Assembly: GCA_030141605.1 (NCBI GenBank)
Contig: JAQGDQ010002366.1
Location: 752,660-816,659, forward strand
Direction of reading: 5' to 3'
Length of the DNA stretch: 64,000 bases
DNA from: Tubiluchus corallicola
Taxonomy: Eukaryota; Animalia; Priapulida
Positions 38,333 through 49,399 of this stretch are shown piece after piece. A model generated the notes under the pieces. The model did not search any database, was not told where the DNA came from, and saw only the letters and a list, made by a program, of their open reading frames with translations. Made by a program: the position numbers and the translations under genes. Positions within the stretch are counted from its first letter, which is position 1. Each line of letters opens with the position of its first letter.

Positions 38333-41300
38333 TTGTATGTAGTTTTATTATAGTATATAGATGATGACTGCTACAATTGCAATAATTGCTGCTACTACTT
38401 CTACTACTGCTGCTGCTGCTGCTACTACTACTACTACTATTTCTACTACTATTACTACTATTACTTATAAGTAAAATTAACACACATTTCTATTCAGCGA
38501 ATTTTGCGTGAATAATGTGAGTGACTAATATGCATCATTCCTTACAGAGTCCCAGATAACGCCTTAATTTGGGATCAGCCATTAGTAGCTCATTGGAGCC
38601 ATGAATTTAAACATTGGAGACATGATAACATAAATGATGTAACCTATAATGAAGGTAAGAAAACAAGTGTGTTTTTGTTTAGATTATCTTTTGTTGTACT
38701 TGATTATAAGGGAGGTACCTATGTCTGGAGAACTAGACTTAATTTGTGATATTTTGTGGTATTTTCCTATTGAGTGGAAATAGATGCAGCCTTTTTTAAT
38801 TTTCAAGAACAGCCCTGTGATGGCATTGCCCAGCACCCAACTCTCCCTGAACTTTCTGAAATAATAATGCATCATTGAGACTATAAAGGCATTATGTTTT
38901 TCATCTTAAAGATGACATATCTCAAGAGAACTCTCTCATATAACCAATCCATTTCATTATGTAGAAAAACAACCCAGTTGTTTACACTAGTACTAAGCCA
39001 TAACAGACTTGCCAGTTGATGTCAAGACAAACTTCTTTTACGGTTGTGGATTTTAACGATCTGTAATAGTTCATCAAAGTTGGTGACCACGAAGTGCACA
39101 TGAACAGCGTTGCTTAATCATTCTTTATGATCAAGAGATTATAATCTCCATCTTTTTTGCAATAGAGAGTGGTACCGTCGCTTTCAAGACAACCGTTTTT
39201 GGAACATTTGCATTGCTGCAGAACAAATACATAACCATGCCATTTTGTTCTTGGTGGTTAAAGCACAGTGGTGCTGGTGTCGCCATCTATAGCATAAAAG
39301 CACCTTATGTGGAAGTAGTATTTGAAATAAAGGTATGCTCTACATGTGCACAGGGTTTCTGTTAGTGAATTTTCTTACACACGCATCATTATTCTCAAAA
39401 CAAAATTTATAATAGTATGCAAGTGTAATGTCAGATTGATGTTTAATGTTTTTATCCTTTTGCACTTAACTGAATAAACAAAATATCAGAGGAAATGTTA
39501 TTGTCTGCATTTTTTAATCATCTTTGAATGCATTAGGCACTGTTTACATTGCAACTAGTTCATGATAAAGATACGTTTGTCCACAAATGCCCCAATATGA
39601 ACAATTATTGTATAGAACCATCATTGTAAAAATTATACGTGTCATTGTGCTAAATTATGCAAAAATTGCTGTATCACCCTCTCTATAATTTGCATCTTGG
39701 TGATTTTTAGTTTTATTTTTCTTGTACTACATGTACTTTTACTATAGTATATCTACTTTTACTATTCTATATGTACTATACAAAAAAATAAAAATGATGT
39801 AATTTTTAGGTACCAGTGAGCTTTCTTATGCTGTTATTGGAATTCACCCATGCTTTATATATAAATATAATTTCTTTTGTACACATGAAAAGGCTCAATG
39901 GCACCCAAATGTGCCTAAGTTTCAATAATTGTAATATATATTGTGAGTCTCATGAACACTACTAGTACTACTGATTATGTTATGCTTGGTACTGGTGGCA
40001 AAGGAAACCATTTAAGTCAGATGATTTGCAAACTTGCGTGTGAAGTTGCAGAATAAGTTGAGAACTGAAATTTGATGTGCTCACACATGTGAAAAACTTA
40101 AAATGCATGTGACACATGCCTAATGTGTGAGAGTTGGCAGGTCTGATGATGAATGACTAACATGGTTAGAGTATACCATTCTATTATAGCAAAACCTGGT
40201 GCGTCTCACTGAGCCAACTAGTGAAACCTGCCCGCAGTTAAGAAGTTTTGTAAATGAGTGGATGATGCCATTTCAGTTAATCATGGTTTGTTCCTTTTGT
40301 TATATGTATATGCTTACTTTTTATATTAATGGTTTGATTAGCACATGGCTTCTCCTTAATTCCCTAGTTCAAGTCTAGATCATTCTGTTTAGATCAGTTT
40401 TTGTATATTTTTTATATCTTGCTTGCAATTATTGTGTTCGTGATACATATACCAATTGAACAAAAAGTGGCAATAAAAATTTAATTAATACATTAATTAA
40501 CTAAAACAATTAACTAATACACAAAAATTAACTAAAACAATCTTTTGACCACTATTAATGAATAATATCCTAAATTAGGGATCAAGTTTTGAGATTATAC
40601 TCTAAAAGGGAAGAGGTAGCTACTGGTAAGCAATTTTTCACCTTTGATTGGTAATGTCCCAGTCCCCTTAGCTACTGTGACTGCAGTCTGCAATCTAAAA
40701 GCCCTGCCTAAAGTCGTTTAAGGGAGTCGAGTGTTTTATATTGTTTGTCATATTGATTGATGAGAGCTAGAATGTAGCATTGTTTCTTTAGCTACATTTG
40801 GCAAAATTAAGACAATTTATTTGTGGAGCACAACAATTAACAGTTATTGTCATCAGCAGCTCAGTAATACAGGTTTACAATAAAAGTGACTGCAATAAAA
40901 ATATAAGCACACTATAATTCAAGCATTCAAGCACACAGAACAGTCACAGAAGTACTTAAAGGCACATTATAATGTTACTGATAAACAATGTAACAGAAAA
41001 TTGTAAGATTTTGTAGTAAGCTACGCATCTCCAGTTAGATTTTTACTAAGCTACTTACTATTATTGTACTTGTCTGACTTGCCAGTCAAAAGTCTATCTA
41101 TTGGCATTAGAGTAGTTCAGCAAAATTTAGTTTCAGTCTAAAGTTTGAAATGTGATAATGCATCTGTAAGATGATTGTGATGATTGCTGTGACCGATTAT
41201 ATTTGAAGAATTAATTACTTTAAATTATTGTGCCTATTTTTAACTTTACAGAAAATGCGTTGTGCAGGAATTAATCTATTTCCGGAAACAGACGCGACGA

Positions 41301-44068
41301 AATTTGTTACCGTTAATCGAAAGATCCCTTCCGTCGAAGCAGTCCTATATCAAAACATGGCTATCATTGCATGTTCAATCTCGTTTCGTTCTTCTTACTG
41401 GAACAGTCAAGTGGATCAAAAGCAACTGGTGCTACAGGCCCGCGAACAGCTGAATGACGATGATAATGCCAATGAGGTACATTATAAAGTTTACCGAAAT
41501 TTCACACACTGACTGTGATGAGAACTTTATTAAAAGCTTTAATTTACATTTTTGTCTCATCTTGAACATTGTTCAAAAAAGTTTACATATCAAGATTTTT
41601 GGTTTCTGGTTAACACTTCTGGCAATTATCAATATTTTTTGTTTGTGCATCTTAGAGTAGGTATCATCATTGTATTTCTTTACTGCCTTCCTTTGGTAGT
41701 TAGCTAATGCAGCTGCTATGGCACTGTTTTCAATGACAAAGTGCTATTTACAATCACTGTTATGCTGTAGGGTTGCCGCTTCATCATTTGAGTTCATCCA
41801 AACTCAGGAGTTCAGCAGCAGTAGAGGGTCTGTCTGGGGGAGTGCTGTATTTCCTGTATTTCAGACGAATTAGGAGGCCTTTTTCAGAAACAAAAATTGA
41901 GAAATTTAATTTACATAGTAATACAAATTTCTTGACTTTAGACTCTAACAAAAACCTTAAAAGTGTAAATTAAACTTACAAAAGTACAAGGAACACAGAG
42001 CATATCTGGAGTTCCTTCTCAGTCTTAATAGATTTCTTGCATTTTATGAGATTTTTTTGTATATAATTCGTAGCGATCGAATTATTAGGAACTTTATATT
42101 ACACGATCAAAGCTAAATCTCCTCTCCGTGTCTTTTCTCTTATTCATCATCATCATGTACTCATTACGTCCATTACAGACTTTGAGCAGAGAGAATTGTA
42201 AAAGAAATCTGCCTTTAAGACATAAAAACAGCAGTAATCCAGGAAAATCTAGGTATTGCCATTGTCTTCAATCAGCACCACTTCCAATTTCAGTTATTGG
42301 TACATGTAAATTATGCGTTCACAATTTGACTCAAGCAAAGTGAACCTACTTGTATTACACTTGCTGCTGCGGCAAAAATTGGCAAAAAATATAAATAGGT
42401 GAAAAGATGAAGCTTTCATCAGATTAAACTTAATTTAGTATCTTAACAGAGATTCTGCTGGCTTTAGCAATTAACTTTATGTAGTTTCAATAGCGTTAAA
42501 GCTGTATTTAGGTATTTTTTACTTAAATTGCAATGCATTGGTCGAAATCCAGAGGTTTCAGAACTTTTCAAGAGTCTAATCGAATTACGGATCTGTGTCT
42601 GAATTTCAAGATACTCATGGTGAAATCCAGTTTGGTGGCAACCCTAGCACCTAGTGCATTTAATGATCGAATAACATACAACAACTGTTTTATAGATTTA
42701 TAAACAAGTAAATTTTTTTAGTAATACCAAAGTTGGATGACAATTCTGGCTTATTTAATTTTATTGTGTGAAACAGCTAATATGTGAAATTTTGAGATTT
42801 TGTAAAGTTCAGATCACTTAGTCCAAACTCACATAGGTAATTATAATTCTTAATACTGACAGTTGAACTGCCATCAAACAATTTTAAAATTAATTTAAGA
42901 CAAGTCCATCTAATTATGTTTATTTTGTTTCTTAACAGACTGATTGGTGCTTGATATCATTTTCATGCAAACGAGCTGTTAAACTTCAAATAAAGGAAGA
43001 TGCCACTGAATTCAGTGAGGAACAGAATACTGAACATCCAGTAAGTTTCAAACTGTAGAAGCCAAAACTGCTAGCCTTGATCTCTGCTTGAATGCAGCAG
43101 TATAAGTTCTTTTACTTTCTGTCTAAGGAGCACTTTTTGGCAACTTTGATAATTTTAAAAAAAGCAAGGAACCAAAGCATGAATTTAAAGAGAATACAAT
43201 TTGACGTGATTTTATTTTATTTGTTCTCGACTGGTCATATCAGGTTATTTGCTAAACACTTTTTTATGATGTGAGTAAATTTCATTTCAGTTTTAAATTC
43301 ATTTATTACTTCTAAATTAGAGCATTTTGGTAACTTTTACTTATATGCCATGTAATGAAAAATATAATTTTCTAACAAGGTCATGCTGTATTACAAGATG
43401 TGAAGGATTCTTTATGTCTTACAACGGCAATACCGCATTGTCCAAAACTTCAGTTATACGAACACTGAACAAAATTCAGCAACTATCTAAAAGCTGCAGA
43501 TTATTGTGATGAAGCTTTTAAATTCATTTGACTGTAATTCACTAGGCTAAATTCTCTTATGACTCATCATTCGTGTATTTCATTAACAGTGTGTGTAATT
43601 AAGCTCCACCCATATAAAATGTGTTTAGCAGTTCGTGAAACTATGGTTACTCTCCAAAAAAAAGCACACCATGTCTCATGCCTAACTGAAGCTTTCGTGA
43701 TTCAAAGCTCTGGAATGTAAAATAACCATAATCATATGGTTTTAAGTTTTTATGAACAAATGTCTTGGTTGTTAAAACTGTTAATGAAACTATCCCTGCT
43801 GCTTTATTTAGTAACTCAAATCTGGAAGAACATTTTTCTGTGACTGTTGTTATACGTTTTCAATATTATAGAATCATAAATAATTGCTGTATTTTTTACT
43901 CTGCAGTACTACAGTGATCTCTACCATCTGATAATGGCAATAAGCTCAGAGGAAGTGAAAAACAAAATAAACAACAACGAGGACTACACCTGCATTGATA
44001 CTATACACCAGATGCTCATGGCTACAAAACCACTGTCATTTACTGTAGCAGCCAGTAGAGTTGCTTAG
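20046..44068 (+). CDS. DNAI7: Dynein axonemal intermediate chain 7 (CASC1/CFAP94/Las1 homolog), multi-exon
   Basis: Phase-compatible GT-AG exons: 20046-20051 (MG), 20902-20983, 21437-21528, 21939-22043, 22247-22387 ([23 protein letters not shown]), 23683-23826, 24214-24317 ([11 protein letters not shown]), 26673-26839 ([11 protein letters not shown]), 27078-27223, 27559-27609 (tentative), 27952-28237, 28750-28887 ([16 protein letters not shown]), 37886-38054, 38548-38654, 39166-39332 (MPFCSW), 40190-40285, 41252-41476 (AGINLFP, SSYWN), 42939-43040, 43907-44068 (YYSDLYHL...TKPLSF, TAG). Motifs match recalled vertebrate CASC1. Confidence 0.9.
23218..23337 (+). pseudogene. Full-length 5S rRNA-derived sequence (120 nt), head of a SINE-like insert
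   Basis: GTCTACGGCCATATCACGTTGAAAACACCGG...AGTTAAGC (box A)...AGTACTTGGATGGGTGA (box C)...GTGCTGTAGGCTT. Several CpG>TpG/CpA changes relative to recalled invertebrate 5S; no oligo-T terminator. Confidence 0.9.
23218..23444 (+). mobile_element. Putative 5S-derived SINE (SINE3-like), 227 bp with 9-bp TSD
   Basis: 5S head plus a ~107-nt non-5S tail ending GTGACAACAA. TATCTGTCT directly repeated at 23209-23217 and 23445-23453. Confidence 0.65.
24865..25866. mobile_element. pogo/Tigger-like non-autonomous DNA transposon (MITE), ~1.0 kb
   Basis: TIRs CAGTAGGCGCCGCTTAATAAACTCA and TGAGTCTATTTAGCGGCACCTACTG (3 mismatches in 25). TA on both flanks. Subterminal TAATTGACTCA-type repeats. Confidence 0.85.
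26309..26413. repeat. (TA)n microsatellites
   Basis: Directly visible. Confidence 0.97.
30425..31494 (+). repeat. 5' LTR (1070 bp)
   Basis: TGTGATGG...TGTTACA; near-identical to 36603-37672 (about 5 substitutions seen by eye). Confidence 0.97.
31496..31508 (+). promoter_or_regulatory. Primer-binding site complementary to the tRNA-Leu(CAA) 3' end
   Basis: TGGTGTCAGAAGT starts 1 nt after the LTR and is complementary to ...ACTTCTGACACCA. Confidence 0.8.
32125..35394 (+). CDS. Retrotransposon Gag-protease-integrase polyprotein (~1089 aa from the first ATG)
   Basis: Coiled coil, SCAN/capsid-like region ([15 protein letters not shown]), CCHC knuckle [14 protein letters not shown], aspartic protease RDTGA, IN zinc finger (H..GHLG..CLTC), DDE core (GMDLIGP, TDCGTQF, NGLVE), GPY motif. 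No stops. Confidence 0.93.
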   Translation: MSDVRYKLSELMTLNKEQLQNIVAELHLLVDPTSRRAVLITAILKAAGCPEEGKRDEGAELDTFDAGMNQPLLCAEASDPTEAAKTPDVSVKPKHMIVTEQSPTPTPRRRRTTERMTDVTLESLSTVNEAAAQTFLQIRRLEAETEAKKLQLEHERIMAEMELRKLELTAASPVSQSPMMSQASPFYSRQADSTVDKLKLMKIRPFDETKDDIQKFLDWFQACAAANKIDRSDFAACIGPSLSGRAADAFQQIPESEMRNYTYVRKALLGAYILSNDVYLERFRGTIKLKNESYRQLFRRLDNSWRDYLEAIQAETFETVNEAVVIEQALSLMPHDLATWLKTDSIRTIEKMAQRADQFVAARQITSLPGKNVYSFKKTGKPNVATSQGEGASNTNMSQNLATKMHCYACGKPGHRRSECRSRLGTEHVMRPANAAVFGKPGKQLFSTPEIKMPNNDDDWHHVPGRKQPVGFTAKINGYVVKGQRDTGAGVSMLHAKFVRANQYLNELRHKFVCACGDMRQSKLAKVEIIGPGFSGILTVSVSDNLPVDFLLGNNYESALKPFPENAEKASKFNKEVGKYSVKPKKNAASKSPPKQKPQSATDVESIYAITRSQADKLEAQVKQDTLLQQQVFDSSASNDGLAVKDSPAEDQKQLLDVTIEQISEEQKVDVTIRNIIDNACTEEEAYKLGKGYFLRGGALFYLSKGKRHQASRELLVLPKFRRKEVLQLAHGSKLAGHLGINKTTRRILQEYIWPRLKRSVREYCRSCLTCQKTARSRSADRAPLKPLPIVDTAFRTIGMDLIGPLDRTPSGNRWALVIVDHATRYPDAYPLVDIQTVTVLNALLKFCCRYGIPRQILTDCGTQFTSNLTKELEDQLGVKGIFTSPYSPSTNGLVEKYNDTLKKSILRLTQDFSSLPWDLAIDYVLFSYREVPQDSTGYSPNELVFGYPVRGPLTMLKERWGCSKPPSLEDVDEYVARVINALETSTEDAHKSLQEAKLSQKRWYDRVSKERSFEVGDKVMVQRMRKGKKMQPGWRGPYQITDKVSDWTYKVCFGKKGRRKDTRIVHINKLKQYVYREESLILSNELGQ
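35369..36283 (+). pseudogene. Disrupted RT-RNase H region (RT polymerase core missing)
   Basis: Pre-RT helix [19 protein letters not shown] is joined at ~35649 to post-[38 protein letters not shown]. RNase H motifs TDAS, ECELL, TDQ. Frameshifts at ~35612 and ~36190; ends [10 protein letters not shown]. No YxDD. Confidence 0.88.
36591..36599 (+). promoter_or_regulatory. Polypurine tract
   Basis: AGGGGAAGG just upstream of the 3' LTR. Confidence 0.8.
36603..37672 (+). repeat. 3' LTR (1070 bp)
   Basis: Same termini and length as the 5' LTR, followed by TSD GTAGC. Confidence 0.97.
38257..38465. repeat. (GA)n and (CTA/CTG)n microsatellites
   Basis: (GA)n at ~38257-38330; trinucleotide run at ~38385-38465. 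Confidence 0.95.
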
Positions 44069-46715
44069 TTATGTTTTTGTATCCGCTGTTTAGTCATATT
44101 AAAGCATGCTGCATTTAAAACACTAAGCCGTCTCGATTGTGTCCTAATTACTTTATTCCAAACATATTAATAATATTACAGCCAGCAATGTAAGCATTCT
44201 AATATTACAAAATCACAAAATAAGTACAAAATAAACTATGCCACAATTTACACCAAAAATGGCATACACCGGAAGTAATCTTGTATATCTTTTACACCTA
44301 CATTTACTATATCTTATTAATATTTACAAAACATTTATTACAATTATGCTCAATCCAAAAACATGGTTCCTGTGCTACTTACTGTAGGAACCTGTAGAAA
44401 ATTACATAACATATCTGATTGTTACCTGCAACTTCCCGGACAACCTGTTAGCAGTCCCCTCATATTTAGAAAGGCTTTCACTGTCACAGCAGTCTCTAGT
44501 GTTTGTTGAATAAAAGTGCTATTTTTACTGGTCCTGAAGCAGATTTCTTTCAGGACTTTGTTTGTTTAGATGAACCTGGCAGCGATGTACAATATATAAC
44601 ATTATACTAAATGATAAAGGCAAATTATTTTATACAAACTGCCCCATGCAAAGCCGTTGGCACTTAAAGAAGGAGTTGTGCAGAATTCCATGCAAGGAAG
44701 AACCTGGAATTACACAACACTCGCTCAAGATGTCTAGAAATACTTGTATAGTGTATTCATTCTGAACGGAAAATTTACAGTTTCGGGAAAGTTGAATAGA
44801 CCTGACGTTACACAAGCAAATTATGGAACTGTCAAATGACATCTTTGCATGGGGCTCAATATTTTTGTCCTAATTAGCAAAAAGCAACACACCTACTGTT
44901 TTGCCAAGCACAGCATATCACTAGTCACAAAACACAGTGACATGTTTTATTACCACAATGACATAAAAACTAATTTTATTAATAAAACAACAAAATAACG
45001 AACTTCATTCTATAACTTTGCCGTGACCAATTTACTACATTTGAAATTTATATAATCAGATCAAAAGATTCGATTTGCCGAACAATGCAGCCACACGTAA
45101 GTTCATATACATGAGACATCTCACTTGGCTATAAACCCAAGTTATAACAGTGACCTTTACAACACTAAATAAAAAGTTTAATTCCAAATCACACCACAAA
45201 TTCTAAAAAGAAAATTTAACAATAAACTCATAATAAACATAAACCCAAATAAAGTGAGATTATAAATGTGAGATTTATAGTGCGGAAGTGATATACATAA
45301 CAAAACAATGAGAGAAAGCTTTGCAAATTAATTAACATAAAATTAAAATGCAGCACAAATACCAATTCCCTGAGATAGCAACACAACTCCCTAAGCCTTA
45401 AAAAGTAAAATTAATCGCTTTGGTATACTAATGTATAAAAAAGCACCAGCAACTTAGCTCATAAAAGACTAATCTCCAAACCAGAATCTCATGAAACAAC
45501 AAAGTAACAAACAATGAAAGAAACTAATAAACATGATGATAACTGACAATGACGTAATTGCAAACAGGATTATTTTCCTTCTAAGATCCTATGAATGAAC
45601 AGTTACTGCACCTAACAATATGCTGTTATTTTCCAAATCAAATGCTTAGACATTTTTACACAATGCATTATGTGTTCAACCATCTATCAAAACATGTGCA
45701 AAGGAATGATTGAAAACGTTTTCTGCATTTTGCATTTCTGATTTCTTGTCCACGACATCAGAAAACTAAGAACAGGAAATTCCCCGCACACAACATGCTA
45801 GTTGCGTCATGTTTTTGACAACTTGGACTCTATTCATCAGCTTTATTTCATCTTCACAATTTCTTTGATAACTACACTCAGTTATTATTTTTATTACATC
45901 CTATGTGCAGCATATAAATAAACTATTGGCTTGGCCCGTGTCAGATCTCCACATATTTACAAGTGGTAATATCCCCCCCTAACATTTCACCAGTTAGCAT
46001 GATTAAAGAACTTGTAAACTAATTCATGCATATGTAAATCAGTAGACGTTATTTTCACATAGTTATCAATAGGACCTTCCGCCCAACATTAAACTATAGA
46101 ATTAACTTTCAATTATGCTACAGAAGAGCATGTGCTGCAAAAATTTTAACGTTATGTCATGTTGCACTTCTGAACTATAGTTTGTATTACTCAAACATAA
46201 TCACAGAACTTGTCAAACCTACTCACAAACTCTAGCGACAATATCACCATCATAGATGATATACTGTTATTATGGTATCTTGAACATTTATGAGAGGTTA
46301 CTGTATTCGCATAATCGCATACTGTATTTAAATACACATTGTGTAACTAGGTATTGTACTAAATGTATAGTACATACTACCACATGAAACGATGCATACC
46401 AGTTCACTAATGCACAAAAATAGACTGAATATCTTGTGCACTTCAATGAATAAACATTACCTGAATGCTGTAATATTTTGTATCATTACAACTAATTGCA
46501 TTGCTTTATATCACACTTAACAGACAATGTAATTTCTAGCTGGTGCTACCAAATTCACAGACGTATTCTTCTTCCTCGCACTTTTTAATAGAGATGCGAA
46601 AAGGCCCAGTATTATCACAAAGTATTTTGACACAATGCAGCACTACAAGCTAATGTTTGTTTACCAGTATCACATTGAGCTGTTTGATCTTGTATAAACA
46701 TAAACGGCGAGCTTT

Positions 46716-49368
46716 TCACGTCGTTGGTACAGTAGGAGATGCCCATGATGGCACTTGATTGAAATTGAACACATAGTAACCATAGGTATTAGCAAATGTC
46801 ATGGCTAGCATGATTCCAATAAGATCCATGAATAGGCCAGTTTTTACCTGCAATGAGCAAAGCATATTTGAAAACAGAGATGTTCTTACGATAGAAGAAT
46901 CACTTTTAATCACAATTAATTTTTTTCTCCCGAAGAAGTCAAAGCATCCACGTATGAAGTAAGAATGACAGGGTTTCGTAACTGCACATCTGAATTGGAA
47001 CACTTAATGAAACTCACTGAATCTACTAGATTGCTTTGATTTATTTATGTAATCAACAGTTGCTTACCATGTCTATCACACGTAGTTCGCCCGTGGCAAA
47101 AACAATTGCATTCGGTGGAGTAGCTACGGGTAGAGTAAAAGCAAATGATGCTGTTATTGTGACTGGAAACATGAGCAATAATGGACTGACCTGCATTACA
47201 TTCGCCTGTAAAAAATCAGGTGATGAATAATTTAGTAACACAGGAAATCACTTACATTTTTACGACTGTCGTTGATTTCTAACAGTTAATGACTTTGATT
47301 TTTAGTCGTACTTTACTCTTATACTTAAAGCCATTTAATGCTTTTATACCAAAAGCATTTAGTGTGCATTCAGATGAAGCGAGTTTAACTATTACCGGTA
47401 TCAAATTTCTCGACAGTCATAACAAATTTAAGCTTAAAAACAATATACTGCAAAACAGCAATTAGTCAAATTAATATAGTAAATATACCAATTCTGGAAG
47501 CAGAGAAAGAACTATGTTAGCCGTTGCCGTGTTGCTGACAACCTCCGTCATACAGCCAGTCATTACGCAGCAGATGAGCACGATGACCCAGACGGGTAAC
47601 GAGCTGAGACTCGTCAGATGAGAACTAATGTAGGTAGCCAAGCCAGATAACTGTAAACAATGACTATCACTGATCAATTCTGAATGTTAAAACGAGAACT
47701 AGCTAGAAATACACGATGAAATAAGACACAGTTTTATATTAAATTGCTTGTTAATCATAATGTCGGCATTATTAATATTATTAATAATTACACAAACCCA
47801 CACTAATTAAATTTTTGATAATCAAACTTGAAAAGATTTTTTTACAAAATCATGAAAAAGTTGGAATACACCACGAATTTGAACCAGGGGTCTTCTGCTT
47901 ACAAGGCAGATGCCTTGACCACTAGGTCACCATATTCCCAGGTGATCAAACCAGTCCCTTTCTGTAGCTTGCCAACAAAATTTAGTAATTACGGTAATAA
48001 CTACTATTACCTAGGACTAGAGGCGAGTAGCAGGGGGGGCGACAAGGGGCAATCGTCTCCAGGTGCAAGAGTAAAAGGGTGCAGAATTCTCTTCTAATGA
48101 CTATTAATGATTAATTACTAATCAGACATTAGCAATTAATAAAAGTTTTCAAATCATAGCAAAACAGCATAGTCAGAAATGATCATAGCTGATTTATTTA
48201 CTACGTACAGTTTAGAAAGAAAGCCAATGTTGTTACTTAACAGCGTGTGTAGGGTGGTGCACGGGGCTTAGCAGTCTGATAATTTTGGGAAAAACAGTAG
48301 CGTCACTCTCTAAATGCCAGTTGTATTACTGTGAAAACCTGTAGTATTTGGTATCCTTATATTTCATTATCTTTGCATGTCTTAATGCTGGAGCTGAATA
48401 TTTAAGAATAAGGACTGTCTTATTACGAGCAACTAATACAAAGAAGTGCATTTCTGACGCAGTACCGCAAATCAAACTCAGGACGATTCTTAGAAAAAAA
48501 TTTTGTTTACCTTTATCCCGTCAAGTTGAAAAAGAAAAGCCGCCCCCAGGGACGCAAAAACTCACATAGTCTGTGGCTTCACCCACGAAACAAATGATAA
48601 AAACATTAAAGATGTAGGGCTCCAGAGGTTTTTTGTTCCCGGCGCCACAAGCACTTGGTACGCCACTGCCTAGAATGCTAAAAACATGACATTATCTGCT
48701 AAGAGTCTAAAAACAGGACATGCAGCATATACACTTACCTCTACACCCTTGGCAAGAGCAAAGCCACCACCCAACAGGAAGACTATACCCCACGGCATCT
48801 TGTGCTGGACAGTGTGCCAGTCTAACAGTGGCTCTCTAGATTCTGTAAAAGACAACCAGCTGGGTAATTCAAAGCATCACCTCAACAAAGATTTAAAAAA
48901 GTACTACAGTGGAAGCTCGACTTACAAAAACCCTATTATATGAAAATTCGGAATACAAATCGGGCCAAGAAAAAATTTCCGTCCCATTTAACGGAAAAAT
49001 ATTCAAGATACAAAAACGAAAATCGAAAGTGCCGCCCGACAGCGGTCCTCTCAGAATGCATTTCGTAGAATTATGTGATCTTATCTCACGCGAACGCATA
49101 ACCATGGACCCAAAAAATATGAAAGTGATATCCGTTTAAGTGCTATCGCAGGGGAGTATGAGCGTAACCCTTCGACGATCGGTCATTAACAAACTTTTCA
49201 GGTGGGTACAATATTTACACTTTATACGACTGTTTTCGGGGGGCTGGAACGAATTACGCCGTTTATATGGTAAATCTTGTCTCATAATACGAAAATTCTA
49301 AGATGCAAAAGCACCTCCGGAACGAATTAATTTCGTTCTCGAGCTATCATTGTATGATGAAAAAAACA

Positions 49369-49399
<31 letters not shown>

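Noticed and set aside
44068-46716. Overlapping convergent 3' UTRs of DNAI7 and SLC13
   Set aside because: Poly(A)-signal hexamers are common by chance in this AT-rich DNA, so the ends cannot be placed without transcript data.
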